Shown piece after piece: positions 29,941 through 38,992 of a stretch of 64,000 nt of DNA (position 1 is its first letter; each line of letters starts with the position of its first letter). The DNA comes from an uncultured Verrucomicrobiae bacterium. GTDB taxonomy: Bacteria; Verrucomicrobiota; Verrucomicrobiia; Limisphaerales; Palsa-1400. The stretch lies in NCBI GenBank assembly GCA_963702845.1, contig OY969763.1:2848001-2912000 (forward strand), in the 5' to 3' direction. Made by a program: the position numbers and the translations under genes. A model generated the notes under the pieces. The model made no database searches and was not told the origin of the DNA. It saw only the letters and a program-made list of their open reading frames with translations.

Positions 29941-31242
29941 TCACTTCAATCGTGAGACATAGACAAACACCAGCAGGGTTTCCGGCGCGTCCCCCTCGAT
30001 TTTGCTGTTTAAAACAACCGTCTGCCCGGAAGCGACCGCCAAAGTCTGTTCTTTTATGTTGGTTACGCGAATCGAAGGCGACGGCCCATCCACCAAGTCC
30101 CGCAATTCAGCTTCAACCTTCAACGCAATCCTCGAATCCCGCTCAACTACAGGTGTCACACTCAGGGTGGTTCCGACAAACGCGTTTGTGCCGATGGCCT
30201 CGACCGTTTTCTGCATTGAACCCGTCGCTCCCATACCAGTGGCGGTGGTAATACCGGGCGCATCATATAAAGTGACACCCGGGTGTTTATTGATAAGCGC
30301 GCGAAATGCCTTCGTGCTGGGGTCGACAGGAATCACTGGCTTTGCGAACTCCTCGAGAATGGCGCTGACATTCCCGGTTGGAGTTCTGACGAACAAGCCT
30401 TTGATCAAGACCTGCGCTTTTTTGCCGGAATTATTTTTGCTACCGAAGGGGGTTGCCGTCCCTTTGTCAGACAGCGCTACTGTGGCCACGCCACCCGCCA
30501 ATAAAATTCCTGCGGCGATACCGAATGCCAATTTGAGTTTTGCGTAGGTCATAATCTTGAGCGTTCCTTTCACTAGGGTTGAGGTTGAACCGTTGATTGC
30601 TGCGCCACTGACAACAGATCCTGAAATTGTTTGGGCCAAAGAAATCGGGGCGGCCTGCACCGAATTACCCGAAATTGCCGTCGCAATAATTGCGGTCGTG
30701 GAAACCACACCGTGTTTGCTGAAATACCTGCGCAACTTTTCAAGGCTGCGATTGACACGCATCTTGGACGCATCCTCACTTGCGCCCATCGCTGCGCCGA
30801 CGTCCTTAAAATTCTTATCTTGATAGAACCGGAGCACGATTGCGTCTTGTTCCTTCTCGCCCAATCCGGCAATCGCGGTTTCAAGCAGCGGCGAGAGTTG
30901 AGCCCACGCGTCAATTTCTGGTTCATGGCTGCTAGATTGCATGTAAGCCTCCTGTTCGCGTGCAAGCCGGCGGCGCTGTTGTTTCAACGCGTCAGCCGAA
31001 GCAAATCGTGCGGTGCGACAAAGCCACCCGGGAAGAATCGTCTTACTGCTGAGCGAACCCGCCTTGCGCGCAAGAACGATGAACACCGCTTGTGTGACAT
31101 CCTGCGCCAGGTCTGCGTCCGTCACTTGTCGCAGTGCAACGGAATAGACGAGATTAACGTGCCGCGCGACGATCGAGGCAAAAGCCTCCTCGGAGCCCGT
31201 CTCCGCATACCTTCGCACCAAATCCATGTCGTCACTCGTCAT
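29941..31242 (-). CDS. Extended ECF sigma factor 4 (C-terminal secretin-like domain)
   Basis: C-terminus has [41 protein letters not shown]. Confidence 0.85.
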   Translation of the reverse strand: MTSDDMDLVRRYAETGSEEAFASIVARHVNLVYSVALRQVTDADLAQDVTQAVFIVLARKAGSLSSKTILPGWLCRTARFASADALKQQRRRLAREQEAYMQSSSHEPEIDAWAQLSPLLETAIAGLGEKEQDAIVLRFYQDKNFKDVGAAMGASEDASKMRVNRSLEKLRRYFSKHGVVSTTAIIATAISGNSVQAAPISLAQTISGSVVSGAAINGSTSTLVKGTLKIMTYAKLKLAFGIAAGILLAGGVATVALSDKGTATPFGSKNNSGKKAQVLIKGLFVRTPTGNVSAILEEFAKPVIPVDPSTKAFRALINKHPGVTLYDAPGITTATGMGATGSMQKTVEAIGTNAFVGTTLSVTPVVERDSRIALKVEAELRDLVDGPSPSIRVTNIKEQTLAVASGQTVVLNSKIEGDAPETLLVFVYVSRLK

Positions 31243-31316
31243 CTCGCCTATATATGGACGCCCAAGCAGAAAAGTAACTGACTATTTCGCAACCCTAACC
31301 CGCGAAGCCACTCCGA

Positions 31317-31425
31317 AGCCCCGTAGGGCGACATAATTATAGCCCAGGGTGAAAGCGCGGCCTTGAGGGCCCACGCGAAGCGTCCTCGTAATAACTTGTT
31401 CTGATGTGCGCCGCAACCCTGGGTA
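31317..31425. repeat. REP-like palindromic element
   Basis: AGCCCCGTAGGGCG..ATAGCCCAGGGT...AACCCTGGGT. Confidence 0.5.
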
Positions 31426-31562
31426 AACCGCCTCAATCGCAGATTCACTTTGCCGAAGGCGCGACGAAGGAGTTAAAAACCCATCTTCAGCAAGTGCCGC
31501 CAAACCTGCGCACCCCCAAAAAACCTGTTTGGATATCAATTGCTAGGCCACACTACACGCCC

Positions 31563-31640
31563 GTGCATTCCAAGCTAAGTATCTTGGCGCTGTGCCTGCT
31601 GATCGCAGGTTGTTCGTCCGTCGACTCTAAAACGACCTGA
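31563..31640 (+). pseudogene. Truncated lipoprotein (signal peptide only)
   Basis: GTG-HSKLSILALCLLIAGCSSVDSKTT*; the stop abuts the prepilin stop. Confidence 0.45.
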
Positions 31641-32336
31641 TCATTGTGGCGTCGCGGCTACGTGTGAATCGAAATAGAGTTGATTGCGAACGTTCCCGTG
31701 GGCCGGATTGATCGGCTGATACCAAAAATATTGCGCCGCGGGAAAACCGTTTTGCTGGTCCACATCCGTAAGCGCCCATGACAGGGCCGGATTGTAGATT
31801 TCGCGCAAACGTTTCGGAGCCTCATCCGCGTTCGTAAACGGCGGGGTCTGCGAATGGGGGTAGCCAAACGGTCGGGTCACAACACCTGAATTAATATTGG
31901 TGACAACAGGATTGGCCATGTAGCTCAACGGCATGGTCAACGCCATCAAGGGCGTTCCAGGATCAGCCGAAAACCAATGCCGCGCCGCCGAAGGACATCT
32001 GGCCAGGAGCATGTTCTGCGGAGTGGATCGAGGTGCCGGCAGTCCCATGTAGGTCGCGATGTAATACGGCAGCCGGGTGGCATCCTGATTGTCGTAATTC
32101 TCATAAAACCCCAACCAGACCGGCCCCGGCAATCGATCGTCGTGCTCGCTGGCGTACAATTGGAACGCAACGGCAATTTGTTTCAAATTATTGCCACATT
32201 GCGTGCGACACGTCTTTTCTTTCGCCCGGGCCAAAACTGGCAGCAGAAGCGCGGCAAGGATCGCAATCACACCAATGACGATCATCAACTCGACCAGCGT
32301 AAACGCGCTCTCACTTTTTTTCATCGTGGGCCTCAT
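31641..32336 (-). CDS. Prepilin-type protein (DUF1559-like, H-X9-DS variant)
   Basis: AFTLVELMIVIGVIAIL, CGNNLKQ, HGNVRNQLYFDSH. Confidence 0.9.
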   Translation of the reverse strand: MRPTMKKSESAFTLVELMIVIGVIAILAALLLPVLARAKEKTCRTQCGNNLKQIAVAFQLYASEHDDRLPGPVWLGFYENYDNQDATRLPYYIATYMGLPAPRSTPQNMLLARCPSAARHWFSADPGTPLMALTMPLSYMANPVVTNINSGVVTRPFGYPHSQTPPFTNADEAPKRLREIYNPALSWALTDVDQQNGFPAAQYFWYQPINPAHGNVRNQLYFDSHVAATPQ

Positions 32337-32359
32337 CGTGTAAAGGAAGTTTTTCAAAT

Positions 32360-33901
32360 TTACTTTACACGCGCAAAAGTCATCGAGATGACTCGCTCGC
32401 CCTGCCGCCATTTGCCGATAATTTGGGTGTCATCCTTGTTCAATGTGCCTTGAAACGCACCGTTCCGCGGTCCAAAGGGAGCAAGCTTTACAGTGGTTCC
32501 TTCATAAGTCACCAGCGTCGACTGGCGAAAGTACCCTCCCTCGACACAATAAAAGTCGGCGCGAAACTTTCCGGCAGACGGCTCGGCAATATTTACATTG
32601 AAGTGCAATACACCTTTGCCGGCTTTTATCTCACCCGTCCAGGAACTCTGCAAATCCGAACCGGCCCTTCCGGCAAATTCGCTTTTAGCCAGAGATGGAA
32701 ATCTTGCATACGTCTCCCCGAAGTGTTCTTCGTCGATTACACTGCGCCAATTTCCATCCATGTTGGTCATGGTAATGATCTCGTAACCATCTTGTGGCAA
32801 ACCGTCAAAGCGCAATTCGAGTGATACCTGGCCATCTGGAAGAACGGCCTTCTTCTCGATACGCATAGCGCTGATAGGCTTTATAGTTTCAACGAGGATC
32901 TGCGACCTGTCCTGATCAGTCTTCGTGTTTCTAAAAAGCAAACCTCCGAATTCTCGCGCCAGTTCAGGTGTTAAAGCGGCAAAAAAGGCTTCCGAATTGC
33001 CGGTGCTCTTGGCCCAGATAGACGATTCAATGGCGGCTTCGGGCGTGGCATATCCCCTGAAAGCCCACGAGCCTCTTGGAAGAACCGCCACCGGTTTATG
33101 CCAGTCAAAAAAGTGTCCTTTGTAGACTTCTGTCCCACCTGCCGCAGCAAGCAGGACTCCCGCACCGGCGATGACCGCAAATTTCATTTTCGTCCATGCC
33201 ATAAGTTTCAACGATCCTTTGACCAGACCCACCGTTGACCCCGGGGCTGCGGCTCCCTTCGCCAGCGCCGTCGCCATAACGGAAGCTGTCAACGCCGCGG
33301 GTGCCGCTTTCGCGGCGTTAGCCGAGAGGACAATCCCGATCACCGCAGTGGTCGTAGTGACATCACGTTTCAGGAAATGCCGCCGTAATTTTTCGAGCGC
33401 TCGATGCACCCGACTCTGCGCCGCCGCTGGGGAAATATTCAGCGCTGCTGCCACATCGGGCAGATTTTTTTCTCCGAAAAAGCGAAGCACCACAGCGTCG
33501 CGATCTTTTTTTGCCAACCTCGACATCGCGTCATCAAGGAGTGGTGCGAGTTGCTCCCAAACTGAAGCGTCCGTCGTCGACTGCAGGGTGGATTGCATAT
33601 AAGCCTCTTGTTCGCGGTTTTGACGTCTCCGCTCCCCGCGCAGAAAACTTAACGACGTCAGCCGGGTCGTTTCGTAGAGCCAGCTTTCCAAAACGATGTC
33701 CTTGCGCAAAGTCGATGCTTTGTGCGTCAGAATAAGAAAGACCGCCTGCGTGATCTCTTCAGCATGCGCGGCAATTCCAACGTGTCGCATGGCCGCAGAA
33801 TGGACGAGCCCGATATGCCGCCGGACCAACTCGGCAAACGCTTCCTCCGACCCGTGTCGGCTATAATCCTGGATCAGTTCAATGTCGTTCACATCGCCCA
33901 T
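32360..33901 (-). CDS. Extended ECF sigma factor 5 (two extracytoplasmic domains)
   Basis: Same N-terminus and TM, a GYATPEAAIES domain, then a small beta domain (WTGEI..FQGTLN..GKWRQG). Confidence 0.88.
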   Translation of the reverse strand: MGDVNDIELIQDYSRHGSEEAFAELVRRHIGLVHSAAMRHVGIAAHAEEITQAVFLILTHKASTLRKDIVLESWLYETTRLTSLSFLRGERRRQNREQEAYMQSTLQSTTDASVWEQLAPLLDDAMSRLAKKDRDAVVLRFFGEKNLPDVAAALNISPAAAQSRVHRALEKLRRHFLKRDVTTTTAVIGIVLSANAAKAAPAALTASVMATALAKGAAAPGSTVGLVKGSLKLMAWTKMKFAVIAGAGVLLAAAGGTEVYKGHFFDWHKPVAVLPRGSWAFRGYATPEAAIESSIWAKSTGNSEAFFAALTPELAREFGGLLFRNTKTDQDRSQILVETIKPISAMRIEKKAVLPDGQVSLELRFDGLPQDGYEIITMTNMDGNWRSVIDEEHFGETYARFPSLAKSEFAGRAGSDLQSSWTGEIKAGKGVLHFNVNIAEPSAGKFRADFYCVEGGYFRQSTLVTYEGTTVKLAPFGPRNGAFQGTLNKDDTQIIGKWRQGERVISMTFARVK

Positions 33902-34215
33902 CTATCTGTTTATGGCCGTGGAAATGCAAAATCAGGCAATTCTTTTTAACTTTTTTACGGCGAGAGTGACGATCGCATTTCCAGTTTCCAGTGTCGGTTC
34001 TCACTATTTATTACAAACCAGCAATAAACTCCCCCTTCAAGGGCGAGGACTACTTAAACCAATTCGGCTCGGACCTTTCCGCAATGCCGTCTTGCTTCCC
34101 TCAACTCTCAACCAAACCGTCCGAGAGCGCGCAACGCAGAAAAGTGACTGACTATTTTACAGAAAAACCGTCAAACACCTACACCGCAACCACTTCCTCC
34201 AAAAACAAAAAATTC

Positions 34216-34240
34216 CACTTGGACAGCCTTTGTCCAAGTG
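34216..34240. promoter_or_regulatory. Perfect palindrome, operator-like
   Basis: CACTTGGACA-N5-TGTCCAAGTG, followed by TACACT. Confidence 0.5.
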
Positions 34241-34449
34241 ACCTTGCTACACTCCTCGTCAATATGAAGATTGTTTCAACCGGACTGCGGAGTTCAGCCC
34301 CTTTTCAATTTGACTGTGTCGGACCGTGTCGGAGCCCGCAGCCCCACATCGCCCCAAAAACCGACGAGTTCCCGTATTCGATTATCGTTTGCGATATGCG
34401 ATTTGCAATTCTTCGACCGACGATCTCCTGCAGTTTACCCAAATTTCCA

Positions 34450-34698
34450 CGAGTTAACCGTTATTAACCCTTATTAACCTTTATTTACCCAAAACAAAAA
34501 GATGTTATGCAATCCAAACAGAACGATCTGCGAATTAAACTTTATAAAACTTATTTAAACTTCTTTAACCCTAAAAAAAGGAATCCTTTATTTTTCCATG
34601 TTCCACGTTCCACGTTCCATGTTCCATTTCCGTTCAGTATGTCGCCTGCGGACACCTGCGGACACCTGCGGACACCTCTGGACACTTCCAGACACCAA
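34450..34698. repeat. Cluster of short tandem repeats (10, 11, 7 and 10 bp units)
   Basis: TTATTAACC(N) x4, AAACTT-containing units, TTCCA(C/T)G x5, GGACACCTGC x4-5. Confidence 0.8.
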
Positions 34699-34745
34699 AA
34701 AAAGGATTCTTTTTTTTCGTCAACTTATGCTGAAATGAATTTCCC

Positions 34746-36147
34746 ATGATTGCGTCAGACTCAACCTTGCTCGCCGGCGTCGCCCGCCGTTGCACCAATC
34801 CGCCCCCAAACATTGCCCACGGCGGCTGGGGCGCGCAAAAACACGAGCAAGCCGAAGGCATCGACTTGGATTTGTGGACAACGGCCTTGGCGCTGTCTGA
34901 CGGCAAAACAACTGCCATCATTCTCGACCTCGATATCCAAATCCTGACCAACGAACGTGCTGACGGAATTCGTCAGGCCGTCAGTAAAGCCACTGGGGTC
35001 CCGATTGAAAACATTCGCGCCGCAGCGACGCATACCCACACCGGCCCAGTTCCCTACAAGAGCTGGATCGAAAAAGGCTATGAGATGGTCGCGCCGTGGT
35101 TTGAAAATGTTTATCGCTGGTGCACAGAAGCCGCCGTTGAAGCCATCGCGAACATGCAACCGGTCACCGTTCGCGCAGGTCGCGGCCAGTGCCACATCAA
35201 CGCCAATCGTCGCGCCACTTCGCCGAAAGGTGAAAAATTCCTCGGTGTAAATCCTGAAGGTTCGTGCGATCGCGAAGTCGCTGTCTTGCGATTCGACGCC
35301 AACGAAAACGCGCCATTAGCTACTGTTGCGAACTACGCCTGCCACGCCACCATCATGGGGCCGCCAGACAAGCTGATCACTCCCGACTACCCCGGCGCGA
35401 TGAAGCGGGTCGTCGAACAGGCGCTTGGCGGCAAATGCCTTTTCATTCAAGGCTGCGCTGGTGACCAGGGACCCATGCAAGGCTTTCACGCCAACACCAA
35501 AGCCTACCACCAACTCGGCGCAATTTTGGGTCATGAAGTCGCCAAGGTAGCACTGGGCCTGACGAATATTCCGTCGTCATTAAAATTCGCCGAAATCATT
35601 CCATCCGGCGCGCCCCTCGGAAAATACGAGCTAGAATTCGCAGCCGTCCGTTCAACCCCGCTACGCGTCATCTCCAAAGAGATCCAGGTTCCGTTACGCG
35701 AAGGCTTGCCCAAAAAAGACGAAGCCTCGGCGAAGCTCGACCACTGGAAAAACAAACTGAAGCAAGCCCGCGAAGAAAAGAACGACGCCGCCATCACCGA
35801 AGCCACTTACATGGCGCGCCGTGCCGATATCCAATTGCGTATGGCCGACGATTTCGGCGGTAAAACCAACGCCGGTGTTCGCACCCACATCATTACTTTC
35901 GGCGACGTCGCCATCATCGGCTGCAACATCGAGCCCTTCTGCGAAACCGGCATGTATGTGAAAAAACATTCGCCCTTTCCATTCACGATCATGGGCGGTT
36001 ACACCAACGGTCGCATGGCCTACATGGCCGACACCTGACGAATGGCCAAAGGGCGGCTACGAAGTCGACAACTCGCCCTTCGGTGAGCGCGCATCGATAA
36101 AACTACAGGATGAAATCATTGCCACACTAAAGGAATTACGTGCATAA
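34746..36147 (+). CDS. Neutral/alkaline ceramidase N-terminal-domain family protein, frameshifted near 36026
   Basis: ATHTHTGP, NYACH, DYPG, QGCAGD. The reading continues MPTPDEWPKGGYEV in the shifted frame to TAA at 36145-36147. Confidence 0.8.
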
Positions 36148-37580
36148 AAACTTTTTCAAAATTTTCTGTGTAATAGCAATCGGCGCATGTTCGACGTGGG
36201 TCGTTCGCGCAAATCCCGTATTTCGCGCGGGAGCAGCCACCAGCGACATCTCGCCCTGGATGGGGTTGTCCATCAACGGCAACATGCACAACCACGTCGG
36301 CACGAACCTGCACGACCAACTGCATGCGCGCGCGCTCGTGCTCGATGATGGCACCAACAAATTGGCGATCGTCGTTGCGGACAGCTGCATGATTTATCGC
36401 GAGATTTTCGACAACGCGAAAAAGATCGTTCATGAGAAGAGCGGCTTTCCCGTGGAGAACATTCTGATGTCCGCGACCCACGCTCATTCCGCCCCGGCCT
36501 CCGTCGGCATCTTCCAAACCGATGCCGACAAAGAATACCAACAATTCCTCACCAGGAGACTCGCCGACGCTGCTCTGCAAGCGATCAACAATTTACAACC
36601 CGCCAAAATCGGCTGGTCGGTCGAACGCGATCCGCGTCACGTTTCCAATCGCCGCTGGCACATGAAACCCGGCGTCATCAACAAAGACATGTTCGGCGGA
36701 ACAAACGATCAAGTCCGCATGAACCCACGTCCCGGCAGTCCCGATCTGCTCGAACCCGCGGGCCCGACCGATCCAGACGTTTCTGTCCTCGTCGTCAAAT
36801 CACTCGACGACAATCCGATCGCATTACTTGCAAATTATTCCATGCACTACGTCGGCGACGTTGGCGGCGACGGCATCTATTCAGCCGACTACTTCGGCGC
36901 GTTCTGTGCTGCCGCCCAACATCGTTTAGATCCGGAAGGCACCAACGGCTTTGTCGCAATACTTTCCAACGGTACCAGCGGCGATTGCAGTTCAACCGAT
37001 TTTCTGCACGCACCGACACCCGAGCCTCCATTTACAAAAATCAACGCGCGTCGCAAACGACATCGCCAACGACGCATTGAAATGTTTCGCACGCGCGGAA
37101 TACCACGACTGGGTTCCCTTGAAAGTGGCTCAAAAAGAAATCACGCTCGGTGTCCGTCGCGGCGCTGCCAAAGAGGTCGAAGCCGCCAAAAATCGCCTCG
37201 CAAAAGCACCACACATCAAAAATGGCCAACTCTACCCATGGAGCCCGGACACCTATGCTCGCGAAACCGTTTTGCTCGATGCCTTTCCGTCTCAAGTGCC
37301 AGTGCCGCTGCAAGCAATCCGCATCGGCGAACTCGGCATCGTCGCCATCCCTTGCGAAGTTTTCGCCGAAATCGGCTTGGGAATAAAAGCCCACTCGCCG
37401 ATGAAACAAACCTTCACCATCGAATTGGCGAACGCCTATCACGGCTATCTGCCCACCCCCGCCCAACACAAACTTGGTGGTTACGAAACGTGGCGGGCGC
37501 GTTCGAGCTACCTTGAAGTCGAAGCCGCTCCAAAGATTGTGACTGCGGTCATGAATTTGTTAGAACAAGTCAGGCAGTGA
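36140..37580 (+). CDS. Exported ceramidase-like amidohydrolase, frameshifted near 37050
   Basis: LHARALVLD, ATHAHSAP, NYSMHY, PCEVF, GYLPT..GGYETW. Confidence 0.8.
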
Positions 37581-37595
37581 TATTTTGAAACGTCA

Positions 37596-38983
37596 ATGAA
37601 CCCAATCGATTCTTTTTTAATAGCGCCGAAAATTGTACCGCCGCTCGATCCGGCTTTCCGACCCGCCGCTCTCGCAACGCGCGCGTTCGCGAAAGCGGCG
37701 CAAGGTGCCGGCGCTGTTCCCGTGCAAATCGCACTCGAACAAGGCGATGGCTCGGTGACGCACTACCGGACAGAAGTTCTACCACCGTCACACAAAGATG
37801 CTGCCGCGAATTTCACACACATTGAGCGCCTCGTGAAATTTCTCCTCTGGTCGCGCGGAGGCTTTCGAGTTCATTTCGTCGGCCCGACCGATTTGGGCAA
37901 GCGGCTTCAGAATCATTTCGTTACAACCGCCACGGGCAAATTCGACGCCAACATCATGGGTGAGAGAATTTATGAAAAGCCCTTCGAAGTGGTCCTCTCC
38001 CCTGCTCTGCCGACGGAACGCAGTCGCACCAGCGCTCTCGGTCGCCACACCGACGTCTATCGCATTGGCTTTGATCTCGGCGCGAGCGATCGCAAAGCCG
38101 CCGCCGTTATCGACGGCAAAGTCGTCTTCAGCGAGGAATGCCTCTGGAATCCGGTTCAACAAACCGACCCCGAATGGCACTTCAACGAGATCATGGATTC
38201 GCTCAAACGCGCTGCCGCACACCTGCCGCGCGTTGACGCCATCGGTGGCAGTTCAGCCGGCGTGTATGTAAACAACCGCGTCATGGTCGCCTCCTTGTTC
38301 CGCGGCGTCCCGACCGATGTTTTCAATTCCAAGTCAAAGACCTGTTCCTCCGCATCAAAAAAGCCTGGAACAACATCCCATTCGAAATCGTCAACGATGG
38401 CGAAGTCACGGCGTTGGCCGGATCCATGTCACTCAACGAAAACGCCGTGCTCGGCGTAGCCATGGGCTCCAGCGAAGCCGCAGGATTCGTCACACCCGAA
38501 GGCCGCATCACAACGTGGTTGAACGAACTGGCATTCGTGCCAGTCGATTACAATCCCCATGCCCCCGCCGATGAATGGTCCGGCGACCGCGGTGTCGGCG
38601 CCCAGTATTTTTCCCAACAATGCGTCGGGCGCCTCATCCCTGTCGCCGGAATTGAGGTCGATTCAAAAGATGGTCTGCCGGAAAAACTAAAACACGTGCA
38701 AGCGTTGATGGACAAAGACGACGAACGCGCACGTAAAATTTACGAAACCATCGGTATCTACCTCGGCTACGGCACTGCACATTACGCGAGCTTCTATGCC
38801 TGCAAACACGTGCTGGTATTAGGCCGCGTCACCACGGGCATCGGCGGAACGATCATCGTCGACAACGCGAGGCGTGTGCTCCGTGAAGAATTTCCGGAGC
38901 TCGACATCCAGTTCCACGTGCCGGACGAAAAAGAAAAACGTCACGGCCAGGCCATCGCCGCCGCCAGTTTGCCGAAGGTATGA
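37596..38983 (+). CDS. ROK-family sugar kinase-like protein, frameshifted near 38335
   Basis: GFDLGASDRK, NDGEV, GSSEAAG, NELAF. Confidence 0.85.
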
Positions 38984-38992
38984 TTCCTTCGC

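Noticed and set aside
24281..32336. Complete type IV pilus or T2SS locus
   Set aside because: No ATPase, platform protein or prepilin peptidase in the window.
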